The notes under the pieces were generated by a model. The model was not told the origin of the DNA, searched no databases, and saw only the letters and a program-made list of their open reading frames with translations. Shown piece by piece: positions 9,644-19,075 of a stretch of DNA of 64,000 bases. The DNA comes from Myxococcota bacterium (lineage in GTDB: Bacteria > Myxococcota_A > UBA796 > UBA2385). The translations under genes and the position numbers were made by a program. The stretch's first letter is position 1. Every line of letters begins with the position of its first letter. The DNA lies in NCBI GenBank assembly GCA_044344255.1, contig JBIJDH010000020.1:1-64000 (forward strand), given 5' to 3'.

Positions 9644-10456
9644 TCAGGAGGCGCGCCGCGTGAGGAGGAACTCCCCGACCTCCTCCACCGGCCCCCGCTG
9701 CACGAGCCCGCCGCCCTCGACCCGATAGACCTGCAGCGAGCCCCCCGGCATCCTAACGGTGACGGCGGGGCCGAGGCGGCCGAGGCGCTGTCCGGCGGCC
9801 ACGACGGCGGTGGCGCTGGAGCCGCTCGCCAGGGTCTCTCCCGCGCCGCGCTCCCAGATCCGGACCTCCACGAGGTCGGACAGGATGACCCGCGCGAATT
9901 GCACGTTGGTGCGGTTGGGGAAGAGGGGGTCTACCTCCAGCGCGCGGCCCCAGTCCCGCCAGGGCAGGGCGTCGAGGTCATGGTCTACGAAGACGACGCA
10001 GTGCGGGTTCCCGAGGCCCACCGCCGTGAGGCGGAGCTCGACGCCGCCGACATCGAAGGGGCTGTCGAGGAGGGGGCGGGCACAGGGGACGAGGAGGGGC
10101 TCGAAGGTGGGGACGCCCATCTCCACCGACACGTCGCCGCGGTCGGCGTGCACCTCGCAGCGCACGACGCCGCTCGCGACCTCTACGGTGTGCACGAGGG
10201 GTGCGCCTCGGTGATCGACGAGGTAGCGGGCGAAGATGCGGAGGCCGTTGCCGCTCTTCTCGGCCTCGGATCCATCCGGGTTCCAGATGCGGAGCCCAGC
10301 GGTGGCCTGCGCGCTCGGCCGGGGCTCGAGGATGCCGTCGGCCCCCGCGCCCCGGTGTCGGTCGCAGATCGCGCGGACCCGGGCCGGGCTGAGCTCCCCC
10401 TCGGAGCTCAGCACCAGGTAGTCATTCCCGAGGCCGTGGAATTTGATGAACCTCAT
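9644..10456 (-). CDS. dapF: Diaminopimelate epimerase family protein (both catalytic Cys replaced by Ser)
   Basis: 'KFHGLGNDY', 'GAGADG', 'NPDGSEAEKSGNG', 'GNPHCV', 'NVQF', 'WERGAGETLASGSS'. Confidence 0.88.
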   Translation of the reverse strand: MRFIKFHGLGNDYLVLSSEGELSPARVRAICDRHRGAGADGILEPRPSAQATAGLRIWNPDGSEAEKSGNGLRIFARYLVDHRGAPLVHTVEVASGVVRCEVHADRGDVSVEMGVPTFEPLLVPCARPLLDSPFDVGGVELRLTAVGLGNPHCVVFVDHDLDALPWRDWGRALEVDPLFPNRTNVQFARVILSDLVEVRIWERGAGETLASGSSATAVVAAGQRLGRLGPAVTVRMPGGSLQVYRVEGGGLVQRGPVEEVGEFLLTRRAS

Positions 10457-10491
10457 TCGGTCTCCGTGGGGCCTCTCAAGCGGCCCGGGGC

Positions 10492-10539
10492 GTCACTGTG
10501 CGGAGACGTCACTGCGCAGCGAAGTCACTGTGCGGCGAC
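10492..10539. repeat. Imperfect 16-bp tandem repeat x3 spanning the stop codon of the NlpC/P60 gene
   Basis: gtcactgtgcggagac / gtcactgcgcagcgaa / gtcactgtgcggcgac; stop tca at 10525-10527. Confidence 0.85.
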
Positions 10540-12348
10540 GTCGATCCGGCTGCGCTCGGCGCTGGCCCGGAAGGTGGCCTCATCCACCTCATAGGCGACC
10601 CGACGCTGCTCGTTGGCGTCGATGAACAGCACGAAGTCGAGGGTCGGATTCGGGCTCTCGGCCTGGACGGCGTAATACCGCGCGAGCTCATTGGCGGGGA
10701 GGGTCTGTCGCCCAGCGGCCTCGACGAGGGGGATGTCGATGCCCTGCTTGCCCTCCCCCGGCCGATAGGCCCGCCAGACGAGCTCCGTACAGACGACGGC
10801 GTAGTCGGTGGCGAAGTCGAAGTCGAAGTCGTAGGGGTGCCCGTGCAGCGAGAAGGCGACGTCGATGGCCTGGGCCTTGGCGAGCTTGTCCACCCGCGGG
10901 CGCATGGCGGCGAGGTAGTCGCCGGCCGCGTGCTCGAGGGTGTTGAAGATCACCCCGTCGCTCGTGGCCTCAATGACCTGCCAGTCGTGCTGCTCCTCCG
11001 CGCCCGCTCGATAGAGGCCCCACACCCGCGGATAGGTCATCTGCAGGTAGTCGGGGAAGGAGCAGTCGTGGCCGCAACGCTCGGTGGCCCAGGCTCGGAC
11101 GGCGGGGTCGTCAAAGTAGGCGCTGAGCTTGTCCGGCGCCCCGAGGTAGAGCAGCCCGTGCGGCCAGAAGCCGGGCAGTGCGACGTTGGAGAGGTACCAG
11201 TTCTTGCGGGACATCAAGACGTCGCCAGGCTCCATCTTGCGGTCGGCCGCCTCGGCCATCACCTTGTCGATGAGGTACCAGCCGATGCGGCGGAGGCGGA
11301 GGTCACCGGCCCGCTCGGCGACGTCCTTCTGGATCGGGAACCAGACCCGCCGCACCTGCCGCTGCAAGATCTCGGAGTCGGCGAGCACGGACTGGACGGT
11401 CGCCTCGTCGATGGGCGCGATGGCGGCGATGGTGGCGACGTGCTGCTCGACGTTCCGCCACAGCCAGTCGACGCCGTAGCGGCGGGCCTCTTCGCGGCCG
11501 TCCACCCCCTCGGCGAGGACCGTGAGGTATTGGGTGCCCGCCACGATGCGCGCCTGATCGCGGGAGCCCAGCAGCTCCTGTCGGAAGCGACCATAACTCC
11601 CCTCGGGGAGGCCGAAGCCCGGGTTGGGGGCGTCGAGGAACTTGATCGCGCTGTCGTTGTCGCCCACCACCCGATGCAGGCGCACCGCGCTCTCATAGAG
11701 CGACAGCTCGGCGGCAAAGGTGAGGAGGAAGCTGCGGAGGTGGTAGCTACGCTCGACGCGGGAGGGGTCGTATCGGTACCAGTCCTCCCAGAACAGCCGC
11801 ACGTTGTCCTGGGCGATCGCCTGCTCGCGCAGCGAGATCCAGGCCTCGAGCAGGAGCGCCTCCTGTGCCGGGTTGAGCACGGCGTCCTGGCGGGGGATGC
11901 CAGCGCGGTCGAGCTCATCGAGGATCCGGCTCATCCCGCGGGCCTGCTCGACATAGACCTCGCTGTCGATAGAGAAGGCCGCCTCGAAGTCACTCGCGGA
12001 GAGGTTGGTGAGCTCGGCCGGGCGGTTGGTCCACCACACGCCGAGCTCGACGCCGCCCACCCCGAGGAGGAGCACGAGCAGGCCCACCACGCGCCGCCGC
12101 AGCACGAGGCCCTCGGGGCTGTCCTTCCAATTCTTGCCGCGCAGGGCCCGCCCGACGAGGATGAGCAGCAGGGCGAGGCTGGCGCCGCCGACCGTCCACT
12201 CGAGGAGGTCAGGCAGCAGCCGCATGCCCTGGTCGGCGGCATAGAAGCCGATCAGCGCGCCCAGGTTCATCGGCAGGAGGGCCTGTCCGAAGACGTCCAT
12301 GAGGCGAGCGAAGGTGAGGACGGCGGGGGAGCGCTGGGGATCGGACAT
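10525..12348 (-). CDS. Membrane-anchored permuted papain-like amidase (YiiX/YebB-type NlpC/P60)
   Basis: N-terminal TM helices; 'EPGDVLMSR', 'FWPHGLLYLG' (His), 'VIEA', 'GHPYDFDF', 'VCTELV' (Cys after His = permuted order). Confidence 0.88.
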   Translation of the reverse strand: MSDPQRSPAVLTFARLMDVFGQALLPMNLGALIGFYAADQGMRLLPDLLEWTVGGASLALLLILVGRALRGKNWKDSPEGLVLRRRVVGLLVLLLGVGGVELGVWWTNRPAELTNLSASDFEAAFSIDSEVYVEQARGMSRILDELDRAGIPRQDAVLNPAQEALLLEAWISLREQAIAQDNVRLFWEDWYRYDPSRVERSYHLRSFLLTFAAELSLYESAVRLHRVVGDNDSAIKFLDAPNPGFGLPEGSYGRFRQELLGSRDQARIVAGTQYLTVLAEGVDGREEARRYGVDWLWRNVEQHVATIAAIAPIDEATVQSVLADSEILQRQVRRVWFPIQKDVAERAGDLRLRRIGWYLIDKVMAEAADRKMEPGDVLMSRKNWYLSNVALPGFWPHGLLYLGAPDKLSAYFDDPAVRAWATERCGHDCSFPDYLQMTYPRVWGLYRAGAEEQHDWQVIEATSDGVIFNTLEHAAGDYLAAMRPRVDKLAKAQAIDVAFSLHGHPYDFDFDFATDYAVVCTELVWRAYRPGEGKQGIDIPLVEAAGRQTLPANELARYYAVQAESPNPTLDFVLFIDANEQRRVAYEVDEATFRASAERSRIDVAAQ

Positions 12349-12403
12349 CCCCCCGGCTATCCACCCGCTCCACGGCAGACCACGCGCGGCCGCTCTGGCG
12401 GGA

Positions 12404-13723
12404 TCAGCCGGACATGCGGGACCAGACCGCGGGCGCCACCTCGCGGGCCTCCCAGTCGAGCTCCGCGGTGTCCACGCCCGTGGGCTGGTGCTCCCAGAGG
12501 CGCCACTCGCCGGCCACCATCACGTGGCGCACGAGGCCCGAATTAAACCGATAGAGAAAATTGGCCGCGAGGCTCGCCGCCGACAGGGGAGGGCCGGGCA
12601 GGGCCTCGAGCACGACGAGATCGGCCGCGGCGCCCACCTCGATGCGGCCGATGTTCACGCCGAGCTTCGGCCCTGCGAGCCGGGCTCCGCCGCTGAGCCA
12701 GGACAGGATCCGATCGGGGGACAGCCCCGGCACCCGCGCCTCCCGCCCGCACAGCCAGGCCGCCTGCGCCTCGGCCAAGAGGTCGGCGCCGATGCCGTCG
12801 GTGCCGAGCGCGGTCTGGGGGCCGAAGTGGGCCGTGGGCGCGTAGCCGACGTGGTTGTTCATGTTGGAGCGGGGCTGGTGGCTGACCCAGGCCCCCGCCT
12901 CCCCCACCCGGCGGAGCTCGTCGGGGCTCAGGTGGACGCAGTGGGCGAGGATGCTGCCGGGCAGCAGGGCCCCGCAGCGCTCCAGCCGATCGATCAGGGG
13001 CTCGCCGGTGCGGGCGCGGTCGTCGGCCGCCTCGCCGACGTGGATGTGCAGGCCCACCCCGGCGGCCCGGGCCAGGGCCCCGCAGGCCCGCAGCGTGTCC
13101 TCCGACAGGGTGAAATTGGCGTGGGCGCCGATCATCACGGCCCGGAGCGGGTTCTCCTCGGCGCCGAGCAGGGCCTCGTGGCAGCGGAGGCCGGCCCGGG
13201 CCTCCTCGGGGCCGCCGCGGTCGGTCACCTCGTAGCAGAGGATCCGCCGCAGGCCGACCATGTCGAGGGCGCCGTCGAGGGTGTTGAGGCTGCCGGCGAT
13301 ACACGATGGGGAGGCGTGGTGGTCGATCACCGTGGTGACCCCGGCCCGCAGGGCCTCGACGCCCCCGACGAGGCCCGAGACCCAGACGGCGTACGCGTCG
13401 AGCGCCCGGTCGAGCCTCCACCAGACCCCCGCCAGCATGTCGGCAAAGGAGGCTGGCTCCTCGGCGGGCAGCGGCATCCCGGTGGCCAGGGCCGAGTAGA
13501 GGTGGGTGTGGGCGCAGACGAGGCCAGGCATCAAGGGCGCGCCGCCGAGGTCGATCACGTCGGCCCCCTCGGAGGGCAGCCCCACGCCCACCCCGATGAT
13601 CACGCCGTCTTCGATGAGCACGTCCCCCTCCTGCACGGCGGGGGGATCGAGGTGCAGCAGGGTGGCGCGGTGTAGCAGGGTGCGGGCGGCGGTGGTCACG
13701 GTGGGCTCCTGAGCCCCCATCAT
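12404..13723 (-). CDS. ssnA: Metal-dependent amidohydrolase, SsnA/chlorohydrolase-like
   Basis: Start moved to MMGAQEP; 'PGLVCAHTHLYS', 'WWRLDRALD', 'GVTTVIDHHASP', 'CYEVTDR', 'GAHANFTLS', 'HIHVGE', 'SNMNNHVG', 'LGTDG'. Confidence 0.85.
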   Translation of the reverse strand: MMGAQEPTVTTAARTLLHRATLLHLDPPAVQEGDVLIEDGVIIGVGVGLPSEGADVIDLGGAPLMPGLVCAHTHLYSALATGMPLPAEEPASFADMLAGVWWRLDRALDAYAVWVSGLVGGVEALRAGVTTVIDHHASPSCIAGSLNTLDGALDMVGLRRILCYEVTDRGGPEEARAGLRCHEALLGAEENPLRAVMIGAHANFTLSEDTLRACGALARAAGVGLHIHVGEAADDRARTGEPLIDRLERCGALLPGSILAHCVHLSPDELRRVGEAGAWVSHQPRSNMNNHVGYAPTAHFGPQTALGTDGIGADLLAEAQAAWLCGREARVPGLSPDRILSWLSGGARLAGPKLGVNIGRIEVGAAADLVVLEALPGPPLSAASLAANFLYRFNSGLVRHVMVAGEWRLWEHQPTGVDTAELDWEAREVAPAVWSRMSG

Positions 13724-13755
13724 GGCACCCCGGCGCCCGCCGTGGAGGACCGCCC

Positions 13756-14814
13756 CTATCGGAGCCCGTGCCGATCGATCGCCGCGTCCAGGCCGGCGTG
13801 GATGAGGGCCTCGAAGTCGAGGCCGGCGACGCGGGCCGCCATCGGCAAGCAGGAGTGGGCCGCGGGATCGGGCAGCAGGCCGGGCAGGGGATTGACCTCG
13901 ATCACCGCAGGCCGCCCCTCCCCGTCCAGGCGGACGTCGATGCGCGCCCAGTCCCGCAGGCCGAGGGCCTGCCAAGCCGCTACGCAGAGGGCGCCAATCT
14001 CGGCCTCCAGCGCCGGGGCGACCGCCGCGGGGCAGCGAATGACCTCCACCGGGCGCTCCGGCGTGTCCCAGACCCACTTCGCCTCGAAGCTGTAGATGGG
14101 GCGCGCGCCGGCGGGGAGGGCGGAGAGGTCGATCTCCACCAGCGGCAGCACCCGCGGCGGGTTGCCGAGGAGGCCGACCGTGTACTCCCGGCCAGGCAGG
14201 AAGGCCTCGACGAGCGCGGCCTGACCGTAGTCCGCGTGGATGCGGGAGACCTCGGCCCGGAGCTCTTCGGCCGTGCGGACGAAGGAGCTGTCCCGGATCC
14301 CCTTGCTCGACCCTTCGAAGAGCGGCTTGACCACCGCCGGGAGCATCGCCGCCGCGTCGCAGAGGCCCGCGTCGAGCGCCTCGGCGCCCTCCCCCGAATG
14401 AAGGACCGGGCGGAGGACCGGGTGGAGGAGACGCCAGTCCGGCGTACGCACCCCGTTGGCCCGCAGGACCTCCTTCGTGTGCGCCTTGTGCAGGCAGAGG
14501 TTGAGCGCCACGGGATCCGAGGCGTGGTATCGAATCCCCAGCATCTCGCAGACGGTGGGGACGAAGCCCTCTCGAGAGGCCGTCTCCCAGCCTTCGGCGA
14601 TGTTGAAGACGAGGTCAGGCTGCAGGGCCCGGAGGCGCTCGTAACAGTCCCGGTCCCCCTCCACGCGGGTCACCTCGTGGCGGGTGGACAGGGCGGCCGT
14701 GATGGCCGCCACCGTCTCTTCGCTGTCCCACTCCGCGTCGGCGTCCGGCGGCAGGCCCTCGGGGACCTGCTCCCGCTTCAGGTTGTAACAGAGGGCGACA
14801 CGCAGTCGGCGCAT
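13756..14814 (-). CDS. D-Ala-D-Ala ligase-like ATP-grasp ligase
   Basis: 'EWDSEETV', 'VFNIAEG', 'VVKPLFEGSSKG', 'VEAFLPGREYTVG', 'ARIDVRLD', 'EVNPLPG'. Confidence 0.9.
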   Translation of the reverse strand: MRRLRVALCYNLKREQVPEGLPPDADAEWDSEETVAAITAALSTRHEVTRVEGDRDCYERLRALQPDLVFNIAEGWETASREGFVPTVCEMLGIRYHASDPVALNLCLHKAHTKEVLRANGVRTPDWRLLHPVLRPVLHSGEGAEALDAGLCDAAAMLPAVVKPLFEGSSKGIRDSSFVRTAEELRAEVSRIHADYGQAALVEAFLPGREYTVGLLGNPPRVLPLVEIDLSALPAGARPIYSFEAKWVWDTPERPVEVIRCPAAVAPALEAEIGALCVAAWQALGLRDWARIDVRLDGEGRPAVIEVNPLPGLLPDPAAHSCLPMAARVAGLDFEALIHAGLDAAIDRHGLR

Positions 14815-14948
14815 GGAAGCTCCGCGGGGGCGCGCCCCTTAATGAGCCCTGCGCGCGGCCGCCGCGGCGCCCGGGAGGGCCCGGGGATCGCCCCAGGGCG
14901 CCCTGCGGGCTACGGGGCCGACCTTCCCAGCCCCTCCGCCAAGGCCCC

Positions 14949-15419
14949 ATGACGAACAACGACATCCTCCGCCGGCTCCGCTTCGCGCTCAACCAGAATG
15001 ACGAGGCTGTGATCGCGCTGTTCGCCCTCGGCGGGCAGGTGGTGAGCCCGGCCGAGCTCGGTTGGTTCATCGCCAAGGAGTCTGACCCCGAGTACACCCT
15101 CTGCCCGGAGGAGGCGCTGCGGGCCTACTTCGACGGCCTCATCCTCTCCCGCCGCGGCCCGCGTGATCCCTCCGCTCCCCGCCCGAAGGAGGGCCGGCTC
15201 GACAACAACCTCATCCTCCGCAAGCTGCGCATCGCCCTCGACCTCAAGGAGCCGGAGATGCTGGCGGTGCTGAAGAAGGGGGGGATGGAGGTCTCCCCCT
15301 CGGAGCTCGGGGCCCTCTTCCGGAGCCCCTCCCACAAGCACTTCCGCCCCTGTGGTGACCAGCTCCTCCGCAATTTCCTCTCCGGCCTCACGGCAGAGCA
15401 CCGCGGCCTCCGGGCCTGA
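14949..15419 (+). CDS. YehS/DUF1456 family protein
   Basis: 'MTNNDILRRLRFAL', 'NNLILRKLRIAL', 'SELGALFR...HFRPCGDQLLRNFL'. Confidence 0.9.
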   Translation: MTNNDILRRLRFALNQNDEAVIALFALGGQVVSPAELGWFIAKESDPEYTLCPEEALRAYFDGLILSRRGPRDPSAPRPKEGRLDNNLILRKLRIALDLKEPEMLAVLKKGGMEVSPSELGALFRSPSHKHFRPCGDQLLRNFLSGLTAEHRGLRA

Positions 15420-15441
15420 CCGACCCGCCCGCGCCCGCGGC

Positions 15442-15483
15442 GCCCACCCCCCTCGGAGCCCACCCCCTCGGAGCCCACCCCAG
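15442..15483 (+). repeat. 15/16-bp tandem repeat (GCCCACCCCC[C]TCGGA) x2.7 ending at the next start codon
   Basis: Read directly; contains GGAG RBS-like copies; ATG at 15484. Confidence 0.8.
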
Positions 15484-16431
15484 ATGGTCCCCCTCGCCCT
15501 CACCCTGGCGGTGCTCCTCTGTCTGTGGCTCGCGGCGGAGCTCAAGACCAGTCGCTCCGACGGCGAGCTCCTCTCGGTCCCCCCCTATCGGCGGCTGATG
15601 TTCACCATCATGCCCACCCGCAACGAGTCGGTGGTCTACTTCGACGCCGCCGTCGACGCGGACCCTCTCCTCCAGTATGTCGAGGCGGCGCGGGCGCGCT
15701 TCGACGCCAACCTCACCCACGTCGCCGTGGCGGCCACGGGCCTCGCCATCGCCGCCGTGCCGAGCATGAACCGCTTCATGGTGGGCCAGCGGCTCTATCA
15801 GCGGCGCGGGCGCTTCATCACCTTCGCGATGAAGCGCAAGAAGCTCGATCGGGAGGCCTCGCTCGCCACGCTGAAGCTCGAGGTGCGGGACGGAGAGACC
15901 TTTCGGGAGCTCACCGAGCGTATCAACGCTGACATCCGACTGAACCGCTCCGGGGAGCGGACCGCCGCCGACCGGGAATTCGACCTCTTCAACCTCCTGC
16001 CGCGCCCCCTGCTGGCCGCCGCCGCCCGGCTGCTCCGGCAGCTCGACCATTACAACCTGCTGCCCCCCTTCTTCATCCGCGATGACCCGATGTACACGAG
16101 CGTCTTCCTCGCGAACCTCGGCAGCATCGGGCTCGACGCCGGCTACCACCACCTCTACGAGTACGGCACCTGCTCGCTCTTCGTGACGGTGGGGGCGGTC
16201 CGCGAGGAGGTTGTGGTGGCGGAGGGGCAGCCCGCGGTGCGCCGCCGCTTCCCCCTCCGCTTCACCTATGATGAGCGTGTCGACGACGGGCTGAACGCCC
16301 GCTACGGCATCGAGGCCCTCCTCGCCGTCCTCTCCGACCCCGCCCAGCACCTCGGCTGCCTCGCCGAGGACGGCTCGGACAGCCGGCCGCTCCGCCCGCT
16401 GCCCGCCGCTCCTCCCCCTCCCCACACCTGA
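15484..16431 (+). CDS. Stand-alone 2-oxoacid dehydrogenase E2 catalytic-domain (CAT-like acyltransferase fold) homolog with N-terminal TM
   Basis: 'MNRFMVGQRLYQR', 'TSVFLANLGSIG', 'YHHLYEYGT', 'FTYDERVDDG'; start moved to MVPLAL. Confidence 0.82.
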   Translation: MVPLALTLAVLLCLWLAAELKTSRSDGELLSVPPYRRLMFTIMPTRNESVVYFDAAVDADPLLQYVEAARARFDANLTHVAVAATGLAIAAVPSMNRFMVGQRLYQRRGRFITFAMKRKKLDREASLATLKLEVRDGETFRELTERINADIRLNRSGERTAADREFDLFNLLPRPLLAAAARLLRQLDHYNLLPPFFIRDDPMYTSVFLANLGSIGLDAGYHHLYEYGTCSLFVTVGAVREEVVVAEGQPAVRRRFPLRFTYDERVDDGLNARYGIEALLAVLSDPAQHLGCLAEDGSDSRPLRPLPAAPPPPHT

Positions 16432-16446
16432 AACGAGCGCCCCGCC

Positions 16447-17142
16447 ATGGCCGTCTGCCACACCACCTGGAAGGTCCTGCCCCACCGCCCGATCGAGAAG
16501 ATCGACGACCGCCTTTGGCGGGTGGAGGGCAAGATGGACAGCGGCACCAAGCGTATCCAGTCCATCATCCGCCTCGACGACGGGCGCCTCCTCCTCCACA
16601 ACGCGATCGCCCTCGACGAGGCCGAGATGGCCGAGATCGACGCCTGGGGCGAGGTGGCCGCCATCCTCGTGCCGAACGCCTTCCACCGGATGGACTGCCG
16701 CATCATGTCCGAGCGGTACCCGCGGGCGAAGGTCTATGCCCCGGCCGGCGCGGCCAAGGCGGTGGGCAAGGCGACCGCCGTGCACGGCACCTTCGCCGAC
16801 GTGCCCAGCGACGCCCACGTCCGCGTGGCGCACCTGCCCGGCGTCAAAGAGAAGGAGGGCGTGGTCGAGGTGCAGGGGAGCAGCGGGCTCAGCCTCGTGC
16901 TCAATGACATGCTGCTCAACGTGCCCGACCAGGGCTTCCCGAAGAACATCTTCCTCGGCCCGATGGGGCGGCTCTCCATCCCCCGCTTCGCCCGCGTGTT
17001 CTTCGTGAGTGACAAGGCGGCGGTGCGGAAGGAGATCGAGCGCCTCGCCGACACCCACCCCGCCCGGCTCGTCCCGGGCCACGGCGAGGACATCACGGAG
17101 TCCGTCAGCGAGCGCCTCCGCGAGAACCTGTCCCTGCTCTGA
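16447..17142 (+). CDS. DUF4336-like metallo-beta-lactamase-fold protein
   Basis: 'IIRLDDGRLLLHN', 'ILVPNAFH', 'YPRAKVYAP', 'LVPGHG'. Confidence 0.75.
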   Translation: MAVCHTTWKVLPHRPIEKIDDRLWRVEGKMDSGTKRIQSIIRLDDGRLLLHNAIALDEAEMAEIDAWGEVAAILVPNAFHRMDCRIMSERYPRAKVYAPAGAAKAVGKATAVHGTFADVPSDAHVRVAHLPGVKEKEGVVEVQGSSGLSLVLNDMLLNVPDQGFPKNIFLGPMGRLSIPRFARVFFVSDKAAVRKEIERLADTHPARLVPGHGEDITESVSERLRENLSLL

Positions 17143-19000
17143 TCGAAGCGGATCCGCTGAGGGACGCCGCTCCGATCGGCGCCCGCCGACGGAGCCCGAG
17201 GGCCAGGAGCGCGCCCAGGATGGGGATCGAGAGGGGCTCGCCGGGTCGCTGGCTGCAGCCCTCTCCGGGCTGGGTGACGGTGTCGGTGTCGGGCTGCGCC
17301 CCAGCGGCCCCGCTGTCGGGGGCCCCGCTGTCCGCCGCGGGCTCCCCGTCGGACACCATCGCCCGCTCGACCACCGTGAAGGAGACGACCGCGCTCCACT
17401 CGCTCGCGCCCCAGGGGTCGAGGGCCCGCACCTTGTAGGAGACCCTGTCCTCCAGCGCGAGCTCGGCGCTGAGATCGAGCTCGGTCTCGGAGAGGAGCTC
17501 TGTCGGGGCGAGGGCCTCGTCCTCTCCCTCGCGCCACCAGGCGAGCTCATAGGCATAGACGTCGCCGTCGGCGTCGAGAGCGGGCTCCCAGGAGAGGAAG
17601 ACCTGCCCGACGGGCACCTCCTCCGACACGAGGGTGAGCACGGGGGCGGCGGGGGCGCTGTTGGCGACGGCGTCTACCGCGGCGCCGGCGTCGACCCGCC
17701 CGCAGCCGTACCAGGGGCTCCTCCCTTCGGCGTCCCAGTCGGCGTTGGCGACGTCATTCCGCACCGCCGTGTCACAGAGGGCGAGGCGGAGCTGGGCCGC
17801 GGTGATGCGGGGGTTGGCCTCGATCATCAAGGCGGCCACCCCCGCCACCACCGGCGTGCTGGCGCTCGTGCCGGAGAAACCATCGACGAAGGCCTCCTCC
17901 CCGCCGTAGCTGCCGTAGCCGTCGGTCACAACGTCGGTGGTGAGGATCGAGGTGGGCGCGGCGAGGTCGACGAAGTCGCCGTAGCTGCTGTAGGAGGCCC
18001 GCCGGTCGTCGCTCTCGATCGCCGACACGACCACCAGCGACTCATTGGACAGCATGCCGTCGTCCTTGATGTCGCAGGCCCCGTTCCCCGCCGCGAAGAC
18101 CACCACCGCGCCGAGGCCGCCGCGGCCCTGCTCTTCGGCGTAGGCGAACATCTCGCGGAGGCTGCGGTAGTTGGGGACGTCGGGGCAGCCATCCGACCAG
18201 CCCCAAGAATTGGAGAGGACCCCGGCGCCGGCGTCGACCGACTCGATGAAGGCGTCGTAGATGCCCTCGAGGCCGGAGCCGCCCTCGCCGATCAGGCGCA
18301 CGCCATAGACCTCGGCGCCCCAGGCCACGCCCGCCACGCCGAGGCCGTTGTCGCCGATCGCGGCCGCCACCCCGGCCGCGCAGGTGCCGTGGGGGGCGCT
18401 CCCGGGGTCCGACATGTCGGGGCTGGGATCGTCGTCCCCGTCGAGGTAGTCGTGGCCCGCGATCGCGCGGAGATCGGGGTGATCGAGGACGAGCCCCGTG
18501 TCGAGCACGGCGATGAGCACGCCCGCGCCGGTGGCCCGCTCCCAGGCCCGCGGCGCGCCGACGTCGACCCCCGGCGTCCGCCCGCCCTGTCCTGTATTGT
18601 CGAGGTGCCACTGGTCCCCATAAAAGGGGTCATTCGGCGTGGAGAGGGGCCGGAGGGGGAGGATGAGGTCGGGGTGGACCCACTCCACCCGAGGGTCGGC
18701 GTGCAGCGCGCGGGCGAGGGCGAGGTCATCGACCCCCGGCCGCGGGGTGAGGACCAAGAGGCCGCCCGCGTGGGCCTCGATCCCCTCCACGTCGGGGTGG
18801 GCGAGGAGGGCCTGCGGATCGGCGCTCCCGAGCAGCAGCCGCCCCGAGCGCCCGAGGATCGAGCCCTCCCGGAGGAGCTCACCATAAGAGACCCGCTCCG
18901 GGCCCTCGTCGGGGAAGAAACGGTCATCCACGACCACCACGGGCTTGGGGGCCGCGGTGACGGGGAGGCTGAGCAGGAGCGGGAGGAGGGCGGTCAGCAT
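17105..19000 (-). CDS. Secreted S8 (subtilisin-like) serine peptidase with Fn3-like domain and MYXO-CTERM-like tail
   Basis: Catalytic 'VLDTG', 'HGTCAAG', 'FSGTSAS', oxyanion 'FAAGN'; tail 'GCSQRPG...LGALLALGLRRR'. Confidence 0.93.
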   Translation of the reverse strand: MLTALLPLLLSLPVTAAPKPVVVVDDRFFPDEGPERVSYGELLREGSILGRSGRLLLGSADPQALLAHPDVEGIEAHAGGLLVLTPRPGVDDLALARALHADPRVEWVHPDLILPLRPLSTPNDPFYGDQWHLDNTGQGGRTPGVDVGAPRAWERATGAGVLIAVLDTGLVLDHPDLRAIAGHDYLDGDDDPSPDMSDPGSAPHGTCAAGVAAAIGDNGLGVAGVAWGAEVYGVRLIGEGGSGLEGIYDAFIESVDAGAGVLSNSWGWSDGCPDVPNYRSLREMFAYAEEQGRGGLGAVVVFAAGNGACDIKDDGMLSNESLVVVSAIESDDRRASYSSYGDFVDLAAPTSILTTDVVTDGYGSYGGEEAFVDGFSGTSASTPVVAGVAALMIEANPRITAAQLRLALCDTAVRNDVANADWDAEGRSPWYGCGRVDAGAAVDAVANSAPAAPVLTLVSEEVPVGQVFLSWEPALDADGDVYAYELAWWREGEDEALAPTELLSETELDLSAELALEDRVSYKVRALDPWGASEWSAVVSFTVVERAMVSDGEPAADSGAPDSGAAGAQPDTDTVTQPGEGCSQRPGEPLSIPILGALLALGLRRRAPIGAASLSGSASIRAGTGSRGGAR

Positions 19001-19028
19001 CGGCAGACTCTACCTGCCCGCGGGCGCC

Positions 19029-19072
19029 GGCGGAGGGGAATGCTGCCGCCCTGGCGGAGGGGTATGCTGCCG
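19029..19072 (+). repeat. 20-bp direct repeat (24-bp period) in the divergent intergenic region
   Basis: ggcggaggggaatgctgccg / ggcggaggggtatgctgccg, 3 bp before ATG 19076. Confidence 0.8.
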
Positions 19073-19075
19073 GCC

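Noticed and set aside
17009..19075. N-terminal part of the 1183-aa plus-strand ORF
   Set aside because: Antisense to the S8 peptidase; the real gene starts near 19076.
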